A stretch of 64,000 nt of DNA, taken from NCBI GenBank assembly GCA_964016885.1, contig OZ024743.1, forward strand, positions 138,074,001 to 138,138,000. The letters run 5' to 3'. The position numbers and the translations under genes are program-made. The notes beneath the pieces are model-generated. The model ran no database searches and was not told where the DNA came from. It saw only the letters and a list, made by a program, of their open reading frames with translations. Positions 37,901 to 48,780 of the stretch are shown here, in pieces; position 1 is the stretch's first letter, and every line of letters begins with the position of its first letter. The stretch comes from Eledone cirrhosa. Taxonomy: Eukaryota.

Positions 37901-39650
37901 GCTTGGTGCTTGGTGTTTGGTGCTTGCTGCTTGGTGCTTGTTGTTTGGTGCTTGGTGCTTGGTGCTTGGTCTTTGGTGCATGGTGTTTGGTGTTTGGTGC
38001 TTTGTGCTTGGTGCTTGGTGTTTGGTGCTTGGTGCTTGGTGCTTGGTGTTTGGTGCTTGGTGCTTGGTGATTAGTGTTTGTTGCTTGGTGCTTGGGGTTT
38101 GGTGGTTGGTGCTTGGTGCTTGGTGTTTGGTGTTTGGTGTTTGGTGTTTGCTGTTTGCTGTTTGGTGTCTGCTTTTTGGTGTTTGGTGTTTGCTGTATGG
38201 TGTTTGCTGTTTCGTATTTGGTTTTTGCTGTTTGGTGTTTGGTGTTTGCTGTTTGGTGTTTGGTGTTTGGTGTTTGGTGCTTGGTGCTTGGTGCTTGGTG
38301 TTTGGTGCTTGGTGCTTGGTGTTTGGTGTTTGGTGCTTGGTGCCTGGTGCTTGTTGTATGGCGTTTGGTGCTTGGTGCTTGGTGTTTGCTGTTTGCTGCT
38401 TGGTGTCTGGTGTTTGGTGCTTGGTGTTTGGTGTTTGGTGCTTGGTGCTTGGTGCTTGGTGTTTGGTGTTTGGTGCTTGGTGCTTGGTGTTTGGTGTTTG
38501 GTGCTGGGTGCATGGCGTTTGGTGCTTGGTGCTTAGTGCTTGGTGTTTGGTGTTTGGTGCTTGGTAATTGGTGTTTGGTGTTTGATGCTTGGTGTGTGGT
38601 GCTTGGTGCTTGGTGTTTTGTGTTTAGTGCATGGTGGTTGGTGCCTGGTGCTTGGTGCTTGGTGCTTGTTGTTTGGTGCTTGGTGCTTGGTGATTAGTGT
38701 TTGGTGCTTGGTGCTTGGGGGTTTGCTATTTGGTGCTTGGTGCTTGGTGTTTGGTGCTTGGTGCTTGGTGCTTGGTGTTTGGGTTTTGGTGCTTGGTGCT
38801 TGGTCTTTGGTGTTTGTTGCTTGGTGTTTGGTGCTTGGTGTTTGGTGCTGGGTGCATGGTGTTTGGTGCTCGGTGCTTGGTGCTTGGTGCTTGGTGCTTC
38901 GTGTTTGGTGTTTGGTGCTTCGTGTTTGGTGTTTGGTGTTTGATGCTTGGTGTTTGATGCTTGTTGCTTGGTGATTGGTGTTTTGTGTTTGGTGTTTGGT
39001 GCTTGGTGTATGTACTTGGTGTTTGGGGCTTGGTGCTTGGTGCATGGTGCTTGGTGTTTGGTGCTTGGTGCCTGGTGCTTGGTGTTTGGTGCTTGGTGCT
39101 TGGTGCTTGGTGTTTGGTGCTTGGTGTTTGGTGCTTGGTGCCTGGTGTTTGGTGCTTGGTGTTTGGTGCTTGGTGTTCGGTGCTTGGTTCTTGGTGCTTG
39201 GTGCTTGGTGTTAGGTGTTTGGTGCTTGGTGCTTGGTGTTTGGTGCTTGGTGCTTGGTGCTTGGTGTTTGGTGTACGGTGTTTGGTGCTTGGTGTTTGGT
39301 GCTTGGTGCTTGGTGCTGGGTGGTTGGTGTTTGGTGTTTGGTGCTGGGTGCTTGGTGCTTATTGTTTGGTGCTTGGTGCTTGGTGCTTGGTGCTTGGTCT
39401 TTGGTGTTTGGTGCTTGCTGCTTGCTGCTTGGTGTTTGGTGCTTGGTGATTGGTGCTTGGTGTTTTGTGCTTGGTGCTTGGTGTTTGGTGTTTGGTGCTA
39501 GGGGCTTGGTGCTTGGTGCTTGGTGTTTGGTGCTTGGTGTTTGCTGTTTGGTGTTTGGTGCTTGGTGCGTGGGACTTAGTGTTTGGTGTTTGGTGCTTGG
39601 TGTTTGGTGCTTGGTGTTTGGTGCTTGGTGCTTGGTGCTTGGTGTTTGGT
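23265..39650 (+). repeat. Tandem HOR duplication, period ~8.2 kb (8,220 bp over most of its length), 2 copies
   Basis: Offsets 8,164 (23304/31468), 8,206 (23976/32182), then constant 8,220 (24403/32623, 26504/34724, 28338/36558, 30477/38697, 31230/39450). A few SNPs distinguish the copies. Confidence 0.96.
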
Positions 39651-42480
39651 GCTTGGTGCTTGGTGTTTGGTGTTTGGTGCCTGGTGCTTGTTGTATGGTG
39701 TTTGGTGCTTGGTGCTTGGTGTTTGCTGTTTGCTGATTGGTGTCTGGTGTTTGGTGCTTGGTGTTTGGTGTTTGGTGCTTGGTGATTAGTGTTTGGTGAT
39801 TGGTGCTTGGGGTTTGGTGTTTGGGGCTTGGTGTTTGGTGCTTGGTGCTTGCTGTTTGGTGTTTGGTGTTTGGTGCTTGGTGTTTGGTGTTTGGTGTTTG
39901 GTGCTTGGTGCTTGGTGCTTGGTGTTTGGTGCTTGGTGCTTGGTGCTTGGTGTTTGGTGCTGCGTGCTTGGTGTTTCGTGTTTGGTGCTTGGTGCCTGGT
40001 GCTTGTTGTTTGGTGTTTGGTGCTTAGTGCTTGGTGTTTGGTGTTTGGTCCTTGGTGCTTGGTGGCTGGTGTTTGGTGCTTGATGTTTGGAGTTTGGTGC
40101 TTGGTGCTTGGTGCCTGGTGTTTCGTGCTTGGTGTTTGGTGCTTGGTACTTGGTGCTTGGTGCTTGGTGCTTGGTGTTTGGTGCTTGGTGTTTGATGCTG
40201 CGTGCTTGGTGTTTGGTGTTTGGTGCTTGGTGCTTGGTGTTTGGTGTTTGGTGCTTGATGTTTGGTGTTTGGTGCTTGGTGCTTGGTGCTTGGTATCTGG
40301 TGTTTGGTGCTTGATGTTTGGTGTTTGATGCTTGGTGTTTGGTGTTTGGTGCTTGGTGCTTGGTGTTTGGTGCTTGGTGTTTGGTGTTTAGTGTTTGATG
40401 CTTGGTTTTTGCTGCTTGGTGCTTGGTGCTTTGTGTTTTGTGTTTGGTGCTTGGTGCTTGGTGCCTGGTGCTTGGTGCTTGGTGCTTGGTGCTTGTTGTT
40501 TGGTGCTTGGTGCTTGGTGATTAGTGTTTGGTGCTTGGTGCTTGCGGTTTGGTGTTTGGTGCTTGGGGTTTGGTGTTTGGTGCTTGGTGCTTGGTGTTTG
40601 GTGCTTGGTGCTTGGTGCTTGGTGTTTGGTGCTTGGTGCTTGGTGTTTGGTGCTTGGTGCTTGGTGTTTGGTGTTTGGCGTTTGCTGTTTGCTGTTTGGT
40701 GTTTGGTGTTTGCTGTTTGGTGTTTGCTGTTTGGTGTTTGGTGTTTGGTTCCTGGTGTTTGGTGTTTGGTGCTTGGTCTTTGGTGCTTGGTGCTTGGTGC
40801 TGGGTGGTTGGTGTTTGGTGCTTGGTGCTTGGTGTTTGGTGCTTGGTGCTTGGTGCTTGTTGTTTGGTGCTTGGTGCTTGGTGCTTGGTCTTTGGTGCAT
40901 GGTGTTTGGTGTTTGGTGTTTTGTGCTTGGTGCTTGGTGTTTGGTGCTTGGTGCTTGGTGATTAGTGTTTGTTGCTTGGTGCTTGGGATTTGGTGGTTGG
41001 TGCTTGGTGCTTGGTGTTTGGTGTTTGGTGTTTGGTGTTTGCTGTTTGCTGTTTGGTGTCTGCTTTTTGGTGTTTGGTGTTTGCTGTATGGTGTTTGCTG
41101 TTTCGTATTTGGTTTTTGCTGTTTGGTGTTTGGTGTTTGCTGTTTGGTGTTTGGTGTTTGGTGTTTGGTGCTTGGTGCTTGGTGCTTGGTGTTTGGTGCT
41201 TGGTGCTTGGTGTTTGGTGTTTGGTGCTTGGTGCCTGGTGCTTGTTGTATGGCGTTTGGTGCTTGGTGCTTGGTGTTTGCTGTTTGCTGCTTGGTGTCTG
41301 GTGTTTGGTGCTTGGTGTTTGGTGTTTGGTGCTTGGTGCTTGGTGCTTGGTGTTTGGTGTTTGGTGCTAGGTGCTTGGTGTTTGGTGTTTGGTGCTGGGT
41401 GCATGGAGTTTGGTGTTTGGTGCTTAGTGCTTGGTGTTTGGTGTTTGGTGCTTGGTAATTGGTGTTTGGTGTTTGATGCTTGGTGTGTGGTGCTTGGTGC
41501 TTGGTGTTTTGTGTTTGGTGCATGGTGGTTGGTGCCTGGTGCTTGGTGCTTGGTGCTTGTTGTTTGGTGCTTGGTGCTTGGTGATTAGTGTTTGGTGCTT
41601 GGTGCTTGGGGTTTGCTATTTGGTGCTTGGTGCTTGGTGTTTGGTGCTTGGTGCTTGGTGCTTGGTGTTTGGGTTTTGGTGCTTGGTGCTTGGTCTTTGG
41701 TGTTTGTTGCTTGGTGTTTGGTGCTTGGTGTTTGGTGCTGGGTGCTTGGTGTTTGGTGCTCGGTGCTTGGTGCTTGGTGCTTGGTGCTTGGTGTTTGGTG
41801 TTTGGTGCTTGGTGTTTGGTGTTTGGTGTTTGATGCTTGGTGTTTGATGCTTGTTGCTTGGTGCTTGGTGTTTTGTGTTTGGTGTTTGGTGATTGGTGTA
41901 TGTACTTGGTGTTTGGGGCTTGGTGCTTGGTGCATGGTGCTTGGTGTTTGGTGCTTGGTGCCTGGTGCTTGGTGTTTGGTGCTTGGTGCTTGGTGTTCGG
42001 TGCTTGGTTCTTGGTGCTTGGTGCTTGGTGTTAGGTGTTTGGTGCTTGGTGCTTGGTGTTTGGTGCTTGGTGCTTGGTGCTTGGTGTTTGGTGTACGGTG
42101 TTTGGTGCTTGGTGTTTGGTGCTTGGTGCTTGGTGCTGGGTGGTTGGTGTTTGGTGTTTGGTGCTGGGTGCTTGGTGCTTATTGTTTGGTGCTTGGTGCT
42201 TGGTGCTTGGTGCTTGGTCTTTGGTGCTTGGTGTTTGGTGTTTGGTACTTGGTGTTTGGTGTTTGGTGCTTGCTGCTTGCTGCTTGGTGTTTGGTGCTTG
42301 GTGATTGGTGCTTGGTGTTTTGTGCTTGGTGCTTGGTGTTTGGTGTTTGGTGCTAGGGGCTTGGTGCTTGGTGCTTGGTGTTTGGTGCTTGGTGTTTGCT
42401 GTTTGGTGTTTGGTGCTTGGTGCGTGGGACTTAGTGTTTGGTGTTTGGTGCTTGGTGTTTGGTGCTTGGTGTTTGGTGCT
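37850..42480 (+). repeat. Diverged direct repeat: ~37,850-39,630 recurs at ~40,750-42,480
   Basis: ORF pairs 38074/40965 and 38697/41588 (2,891), 38947/41837 (2,890), 39215/42035 (2,820). Shared rare units TTGGTAA, TTGCTAT, ATGTAC, ACGGTGT, TTATTGT. Confidence 0.85.
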
Positions 42481-45400
42481 TGGCGTTTGGGGCTTGGTGT
42501 TCGGTGCTTGGTGCTTGGTGCTTGGGGCTTGGTGTTTGGTGTTTGGTGCTTGGTGCTTGGTGTTTGATGTTGGGTCCTTGGTGCTTGGTGTTTGGTGTTT
42601 GGTGCTTGGTGTTTGGTGTTTGGTGCTTGGTGCTTGGTGTTTGGTGTTTGGTGCTTGGTGCTTGGGGCTTGGTGTTTGGTGCTTGGTGCTTGGTGTTTGG
42701 TGCTTGGTGCTTGGGGCTTGGTATTTGGTGCTTGGTGCTTGGTGCCTGGTGTTTGGTGTTTGGTGTTTGGTGCTTGGTGTTTGGTGCTTGGTGCTTGGTG
42801 CTGGGTGGTTGGTGTTTGGTGCTTGGTGCTTGGTGTTTGGTGCTTGGTGCTTGGTGCTTGTTGTTTGGTGCTTGGTGCTTGGTGCTTGGTCTCTGGTGCA
42901 TGGTGTTTGGTGTTTGGTGCTTGGTGCTTCGTGCTTGGTGTTTGGTGCTTGGTGCTTGGTGCTTGGTGTTTGGTGCTTGGTGCTTGGTCATTAGTGTTTG
43001 TTGCTTGGTGCTTGGGGTTTGGTGGTTGGTGCTTGGTGCTTGGTGGTTGGTGTTTGGTGTCTGCTTTTTGGTGTTTGGTGTTTGCTGTATGGTGTTTGCT
43101 GTTTCGTATTTGGTTTTTGCTGTTTGGTGTTTGCTGTTTGCTGTTTGGTGTTTGGTGTTTGGTGCTTGGTGCTTGGTGCTTGGTGCTTGGTGTTTGGCGT
43201 CTGGTGCTTGGTGCTTGGTGTTTGGTGCTTGGTGCTTGGTGTTTGGTGTTTGGTGCTTGGTGCCTGGTGCTTGTTGTATGGTGTTTGGTGCTTGGTGCTT
43301 GATGTTTGGTGTTTGCTGCTTGGTGTCTGGTGTTTGGTGCTTGGTGTTTGGTGTTTGGTGCCTGGTGCTTAGTGCTTGGTGTTTGGTGTTTGGTGCTTGG
43401 TGCTTGGTGTTTGGTGTTTGGTGCTGGGTGCATGGAGTTTGGTGCTTCGTGCTTAGTGCTTGGTGTTTGGTGTTTGGTGCTTGGTATTTGGTGTTTGGTG
43501 TTTGATGCTTGGTGTGTGGTGCTTGGTGCTTGGTGCTTGGTGCTTGGTGCTTGGGGTTTGATGTTTGGTGCTAGGTGCTTGGTGTTTGGTGCTTGGTGCT
43601 TGGTGTTTGGTGTTTGGTGCTAGGGGTTTGGTGTTTGGTGCTTGGTGCTTGGTGTTTGGTGCTTGGTGCTTGGTGTTTGGTGCTTGGTGCTTTGTGTTTG
43701 GTGCTTGGTGTTTGGTGCTTGGTGCTTGGTGCTTGGTGCTTGGTGTTAGGTGTTTGGTGCTTGGTGATTGGTGTTTGATGTTAGGTTCTTGGTGCTTGGT
43801 GTTTGGTGTTTGGTGCTTGGTGCTTGGTGTTTGGTGTTTGGTGCTTGCTGCTTGGTGCTTGGTGTTTTGTGTCTGGAGTTTGGTGCTTGGTGTTTGGTGC
43901 TTCGGTCTTGGTGTTTGGTGTTTGGTGCTTGGTGCTTGGTGTTTGGTGTTTGGTGCCTGGTGCTTGGTGTTTGGTGCTTGGTGTTTGGTGTTTGGTGATT
44001 GGTGCTTGGTGTTTGGTGCTTGGTGCTTGGTGCTTGGTGTTAGGCGTTTGGTGCTTGGTGCTTGATGTTTGATGTTTGGTCCTTGGTGCTTGGTGTTTGG
44101 TATTTGGTGCTTGGTGCTTGGTGTTTGGTGTTTGGTGCTTGCTGCTTGCTGCATGGTGTTTGGTGCTAGGGGCTTGGTGCTTGGTGCTTGGTGTTTGGTG
44201 TTTGGTGCTTGGTGCGTGGGACCTGGTGTTTGGTGCTTGGTGTTTGGTGCTTGGTGTTTGGTGCTTGGTGCCTGGTGCTTGGTGTTTGGTGTTTGGTGCT
44301 TGGTGTTTGGTGCTTGGTGTTTGGTGCTTGGTGTTCGGTGCTTGGTGCTTGGTGCTTGGTGCTTGGTGTTTGGTGTTTGGTGCTTGGTGCTTGGTGTTTG
44401 ATGTTTGGTCCTTGGTGCTTGGTGTTCGGTGTTGTGTGCTTGGTGCTTGGTGCTTGGTGTTTGGTGCTTGGTGCTTGGTGCTTGGTGTTTGGCGTTTGCT
44501 GTTTGCTGTTTGCTGTTTGGTGTTTGGTGTTTGCTGTTTGGTGTTTGCTGTTTGGTGTTTGGTGTTTGGTGCTTGCTGTTTGGTGCTTGGTGCTTGGTGT
44601 TTGGTGTTTGGTGCTTGGTGTTTGGTGCTTGGTGCTTGGTGCTGGGATTTTGGTGCTTGGTGCTTGGTGTTTGGTGCTTGGTGCTTGGTGCTTGGTGTTT
44701 GGTCCTTGGTGCTTGGTGCTTGGTCTTTGGTGCTTGGGTTTTGGTGTTTGGTGCTTGGTGCTTGGTGTTTGGTGCTTGGTGCTTGGTGCTTGGTGCTTGG
44801 TGTTTGGTGCTTGCTGCTTGGTGCTTGGTGCTTGGTGATTAGTGTTTGGTGATTGGTGCTTGGGGTTTGGTGTTTGGGGCTTGGTGTTTGGTGCTTGGTG
44901 CTTGCTGTTTGGTGCTTGGTGTTTGGTTCTTGGTGCTTGGTGTTTGGTGTTTGGTGTTTGGTGCTTGGTGCTTGGTGCTTGGTGTTTGGTGCTTGCTGCT
45001 TGGTGCTTGGTGTTTGGTGCTGCGTGCTTGGTGTTTGGTGTTTGGTGCTTGGTGCCTGGTTCTTGTTGTTTGGTGTTTGGTGATTAGTGCTTGGTGTTTG
45101 GTGTTTGGTGCTTGGTGCTTTGTGGCTGGTGTTTGGTGCTTGGTGTTTGGAGTTTGGTGCTTGGTGCTTGGTGCCTGGTGTTTCGTGCTTGGTGCTTGGT
45201 GCTTGGTGTTTGGTGTTTGGTGCTTGGTGTTTGGTGTTTGGTACTTGGTGCTTGGTGCTTGGTGTTTGGTGCTTTGTGTTTGATGCTGCGTGCTTGGTGT
45301 TTGGTGTTTGGTGCTTGGTGCTTGGTGTTTGGTGTTTGGAGCTTGGTGCCTGGTGCTTGTTGTTTGGTGTTTGGCGCTTGGTGCTTGGTGTTTGGTGTTT

Positions 45401-45489
45401 GGTGCTTGGTGCTTGGTGCTTGGTATCTGGTGTTTGGTGCTTGATGTTTGGTGTTTGGTGCTTGGTGTTTGGTGTTTGGTGCTTGGTGC

Positions 45490-48400
45490 TTGGTGTTTGG
45501 TGCTTGGTGTTTGGTGTTTGGTGTTTGATGCTTGGTGTTTGCTGCTTGGTGCTTGGTGCTTGGTGTTTTGTGTTTGGTGCTTGGTGCTTGGTGCCTGGTG
45601 CTTGGTGCTTGGTGCTTGTTGTTTGGTGCTTGGTGCTTGGTGATTAGTGTCTGGTGCTTGGTGCTTGCGGTTTGGTGTTCGGTGCTTGGGGTTTGGTGCT
45701 TGGTGCTTGGTGTTTGGTGCTTGGTGCTTGGTGTTTGGTGCTTGGTGCTTGGTGTTTGGTGTTTGGCGTTTGCTGTTTGCTGTTTGGTGTTTGGTGTTTG
45801 CTGTTTGGTGTTTGCTGTTTGGTGTTTGGTGTTTGGTGCTTGCTGTTTGGTGCTTGGTGTTTGGTGTTTGGTGTTTGGTGTTTGGTGATTGGTGCTTGGT
45901 GTTTGGTGCTTGGTGCTTGTTGCTGGGTGTTTGGTGCTTGGTGCTTGGTGTTTGGTGCTTGGTGCTTGGTGCTTGGTGTTTGGTCCTTGGTGCTTGGTGG
46001 TTGGTCTTTGGTGCTTGGGTTTTGGTGTTTGGTGCTTGGTGCTTGGTGTTTGGTGCTTGGTTCTTGGTGCTTGGTGCTTGGTGTTTGGTGATTCTGCTTG
46101 GTGCTTGGTGTTTGGTGCTTGGTGCTTGGTGATTAGTGTTTGGTGATTGGTGCTTGGGGTTTGCTGTTTGGTGCTTGGTGTTTGGTGCTTGCTGTTTGGT
46201 GTTTGGTGTTTGGTTCTTGGTGCTTGGTGTTTGGTGTTTGGTGTTTGGTGCTTGGTGCTTGGTGCTTGGTGTTTGGTGCTTGGTGCTTGGTGCTTGGTGT
46301 TTGGTGCTTGGTGCTTGGTAGATGGTGCTTGGTGCTTGGTGTTTGTAGTTTGGTGCTTGGTGCTTGGTGCCTGGTGTTTCGTGCTTGGTGCTTGGTGCTT
46401 GGTGCCTGGTGCTTGGTGCTTGGTGTTTGGTGCTTGGTGTTTGATGCTGCGTGCTTGTTGTTTGGTGCTTGGTGCTTCGTGCTTGGTGTTTGGTGTTTGG
46501 TGCTTGGTGCTTGGTGTTTGGTGCTTGGTGTTTGGTGTTTGGTGTTTGATGCTTGGTGTTTGCTGCTTGGTGCTTGGTGCTTGGTGTTTTGTGTTTGGTG
46601 CTTGGTGCTTGGTGCCTGGTGCTTGGTGCTTGGTGCTTGTTGTTTGGTGCTTGGTGCTTGGTGATTAGTGTTTGGTGCTTGGTGCTTGCGGTTTGATGTT
46701 TGGTGCTTGGGGTTTGGTGTTTGTTGCTTGGTGCTTGGTGTTTGGTGCTTGGTGCTTGGTGCTTGGTGTTTGGTGCTTGGTGCTTGGTGTTTGGTGCTTG
46801 GTGCTTGGTGTTTGGTGCTTGGTGTTTGGTGCTTGGTGCTTGGTGCTTGGTGCTTGGTGCTTGGTGTTAGGTGTTTGGTGCTTGGTGCTTGGTGTTTGAT
46901 GTTTGGTCCTTGGTGCTTGGTGTTTGGTTTTTGGTGCTTGGTGCTTGGTGTTTGGTGTTTGGTGCTTGCTGCTTGCTGCTTGGTGTTTGGTGCTTGGTGT
47001 TTGGGGCTTGGTGTTCGGTGCTTGGCGCTTGGTGCTTGGGGCTTGGTGTTTGGTGTTTGGTGCTTGGTGCTTGGTGTTTGATGTTGGGTCCTTGGTGCTT
47101 GGTGTTTGGTGTTTGGTGCTTGGTGTTTGGTGTTTGGTGCTTGGTGTTTGGTGTTTGGTGTTTGATGCTTGGTGTTTGCTGCTTGGTGCTTGGTGCTTGG
47201 TGTTTTGTGTTTGGTGCTTGGTGCTTGGTGCCTGGTGCTTGGTGCTTGGTGCTTGTTGTTTGGTGCTTGGTGCTTGGTGATTAGTGTCTGGTGCTTGGTG
47301 CTTGCGGTTTGGTGTTCGGTGCTTGGGGTTTGGTGCTTGGTGCTTGGTGTTTGGTGCTTGGTGCTTGGTGTTTGGTGCTTGGTGCTTGGTGTTTGGTGTT
47401 TGGCGTTTGCTGTTTGCTGTTTGGTGTTTGGTGTTTGCTGTTTGGTGTTTGCTGTTTGGTGTTTGGTGTTTGGTGCTTGCTGTTTGGTGCTTGGTGTTTG
47501 GTGTTTGGTGTTTGGTGTTTGGTGCTTGGTGCTTGGTGTTTGGTGCTTGGTGCTTGTTGCTGGGTGTTTGGTGCTTGGTGCTTGGTGTTTGGTGCTTGGT
47601 GCTTGGTGCTTGGTGTTTGGTCCTTGGTGCTTGGTGGTTGGTCTTTGGTGCTTGGGTTTTGGTGTTTGGTGCTTGGTGCTTGGTGTTTGGTGCTTGGTTC
47701 TTGGTGCTTGGTGCTTGGTGTTTGGTGATTCTGCTTGGTGCTTGGTGTTTGGTGCTTGGTGCTTGGTGATTAGTGTTTGGTGATTGGTGCTTGGGGTTTG
47801 CTGTTTGGTGTTTGGTGTTTGGTGCTTGCTGTTTGGTGTTTGGTGTTTGGTTCTTGGTGCTTGGTGTTTGGTGTTTGGTGTTTGGTGCTTGGTGCTTGGT
47901 GCTTGGTGTTTGGTGCTTGGTGCTTGGTGCTTGGTGTTTGGTGCTTGGTGCTTGGTAGCTGGTGCTTGGTGCTTGGTGTTTGTAGTTTGGTGCTTGGTGC
48001 TTGGTGCCTGGTGTTTCGTGCTTGGTGCTTGGTGCTTGGTGCCTGGTGCTTGGTGCTTGGTGTTTGGTGCTTGGTGTTTGATGCTGCGTGCTTGTTGTTT
48101 GGTGCTTGGTGCTTCGTGCTTGGTGTTTGGTGTTTGGTGCTTGGTGCTTGGTGTTTGGTGCTTGGTGTTTGGTGTTTGGTGTTTGATGCTTGGTGTTTGC
48201 TGCTTGGTGCTTGGTGCTTGGTGTTTTGTGTTTGGTGCTTGGTGCTTGGTGCCTGGTGCTTGGTGCTTGGTGCTTGTTGTTTGGTGCTTGGTGCTTGGTG
48301 ATTAGTGTTTGGTGCTTGGTGCTTGCGGTTTGATGTTTGGTGCTTGGGGTTTGGTGTTTGTTGCTTGGTGCTTGGTGTTTGGTGCTTGGTGCTTGGTGCT

Positions 48401-48780
48401 TGGTGTTTGGTGCTTGGTGCTTGGTGTTTGGTGCTTGGTGCTTGGTGTTTGGTGCTTGGTGTTTGGTGCTTGGTGCTTGGTGCTTGGTGCTTGGTGCTTG
48501 GTGTTAGGTGTTTGGTGCTTGGTGCTTGGTGTTTGATGTTTGGTCCTTGGTGCTTGGTGTTTGGTTTTTGGTGCTTGGTGCTTGGTGTTTGGTGTTTGGT
48601 GCTTGCTGCTTGCTGCTTGGTGTTTGGTGCTTGGTGTTTGGGGCTTGGTGTTGTGTGCTTGGCGCTTGGTGCTTGGGGCTTGGTGTTTGGTGTTTGGTGC
48701 TTGGTGCTTGGTGTTTGATGTTGGGTCCTTGGTGCTTGGTGTTTGGTGTTTGGTGCTTGGTGTTTGGTGTTTGGTGCTTG
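45490..48780 (+). repeat. Tandem HOR duplication, period 1,637 bp, 2 copies
   Basis: ORF pairs at offset 1,637: 45532/47169, 45647/47284, 46136/47773, 46668/48305, 46903/48540. 1,637 = 234x7-1, explained by the 6-bp unit TTCTGC at 46092/47729. Confidence 0.94.
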
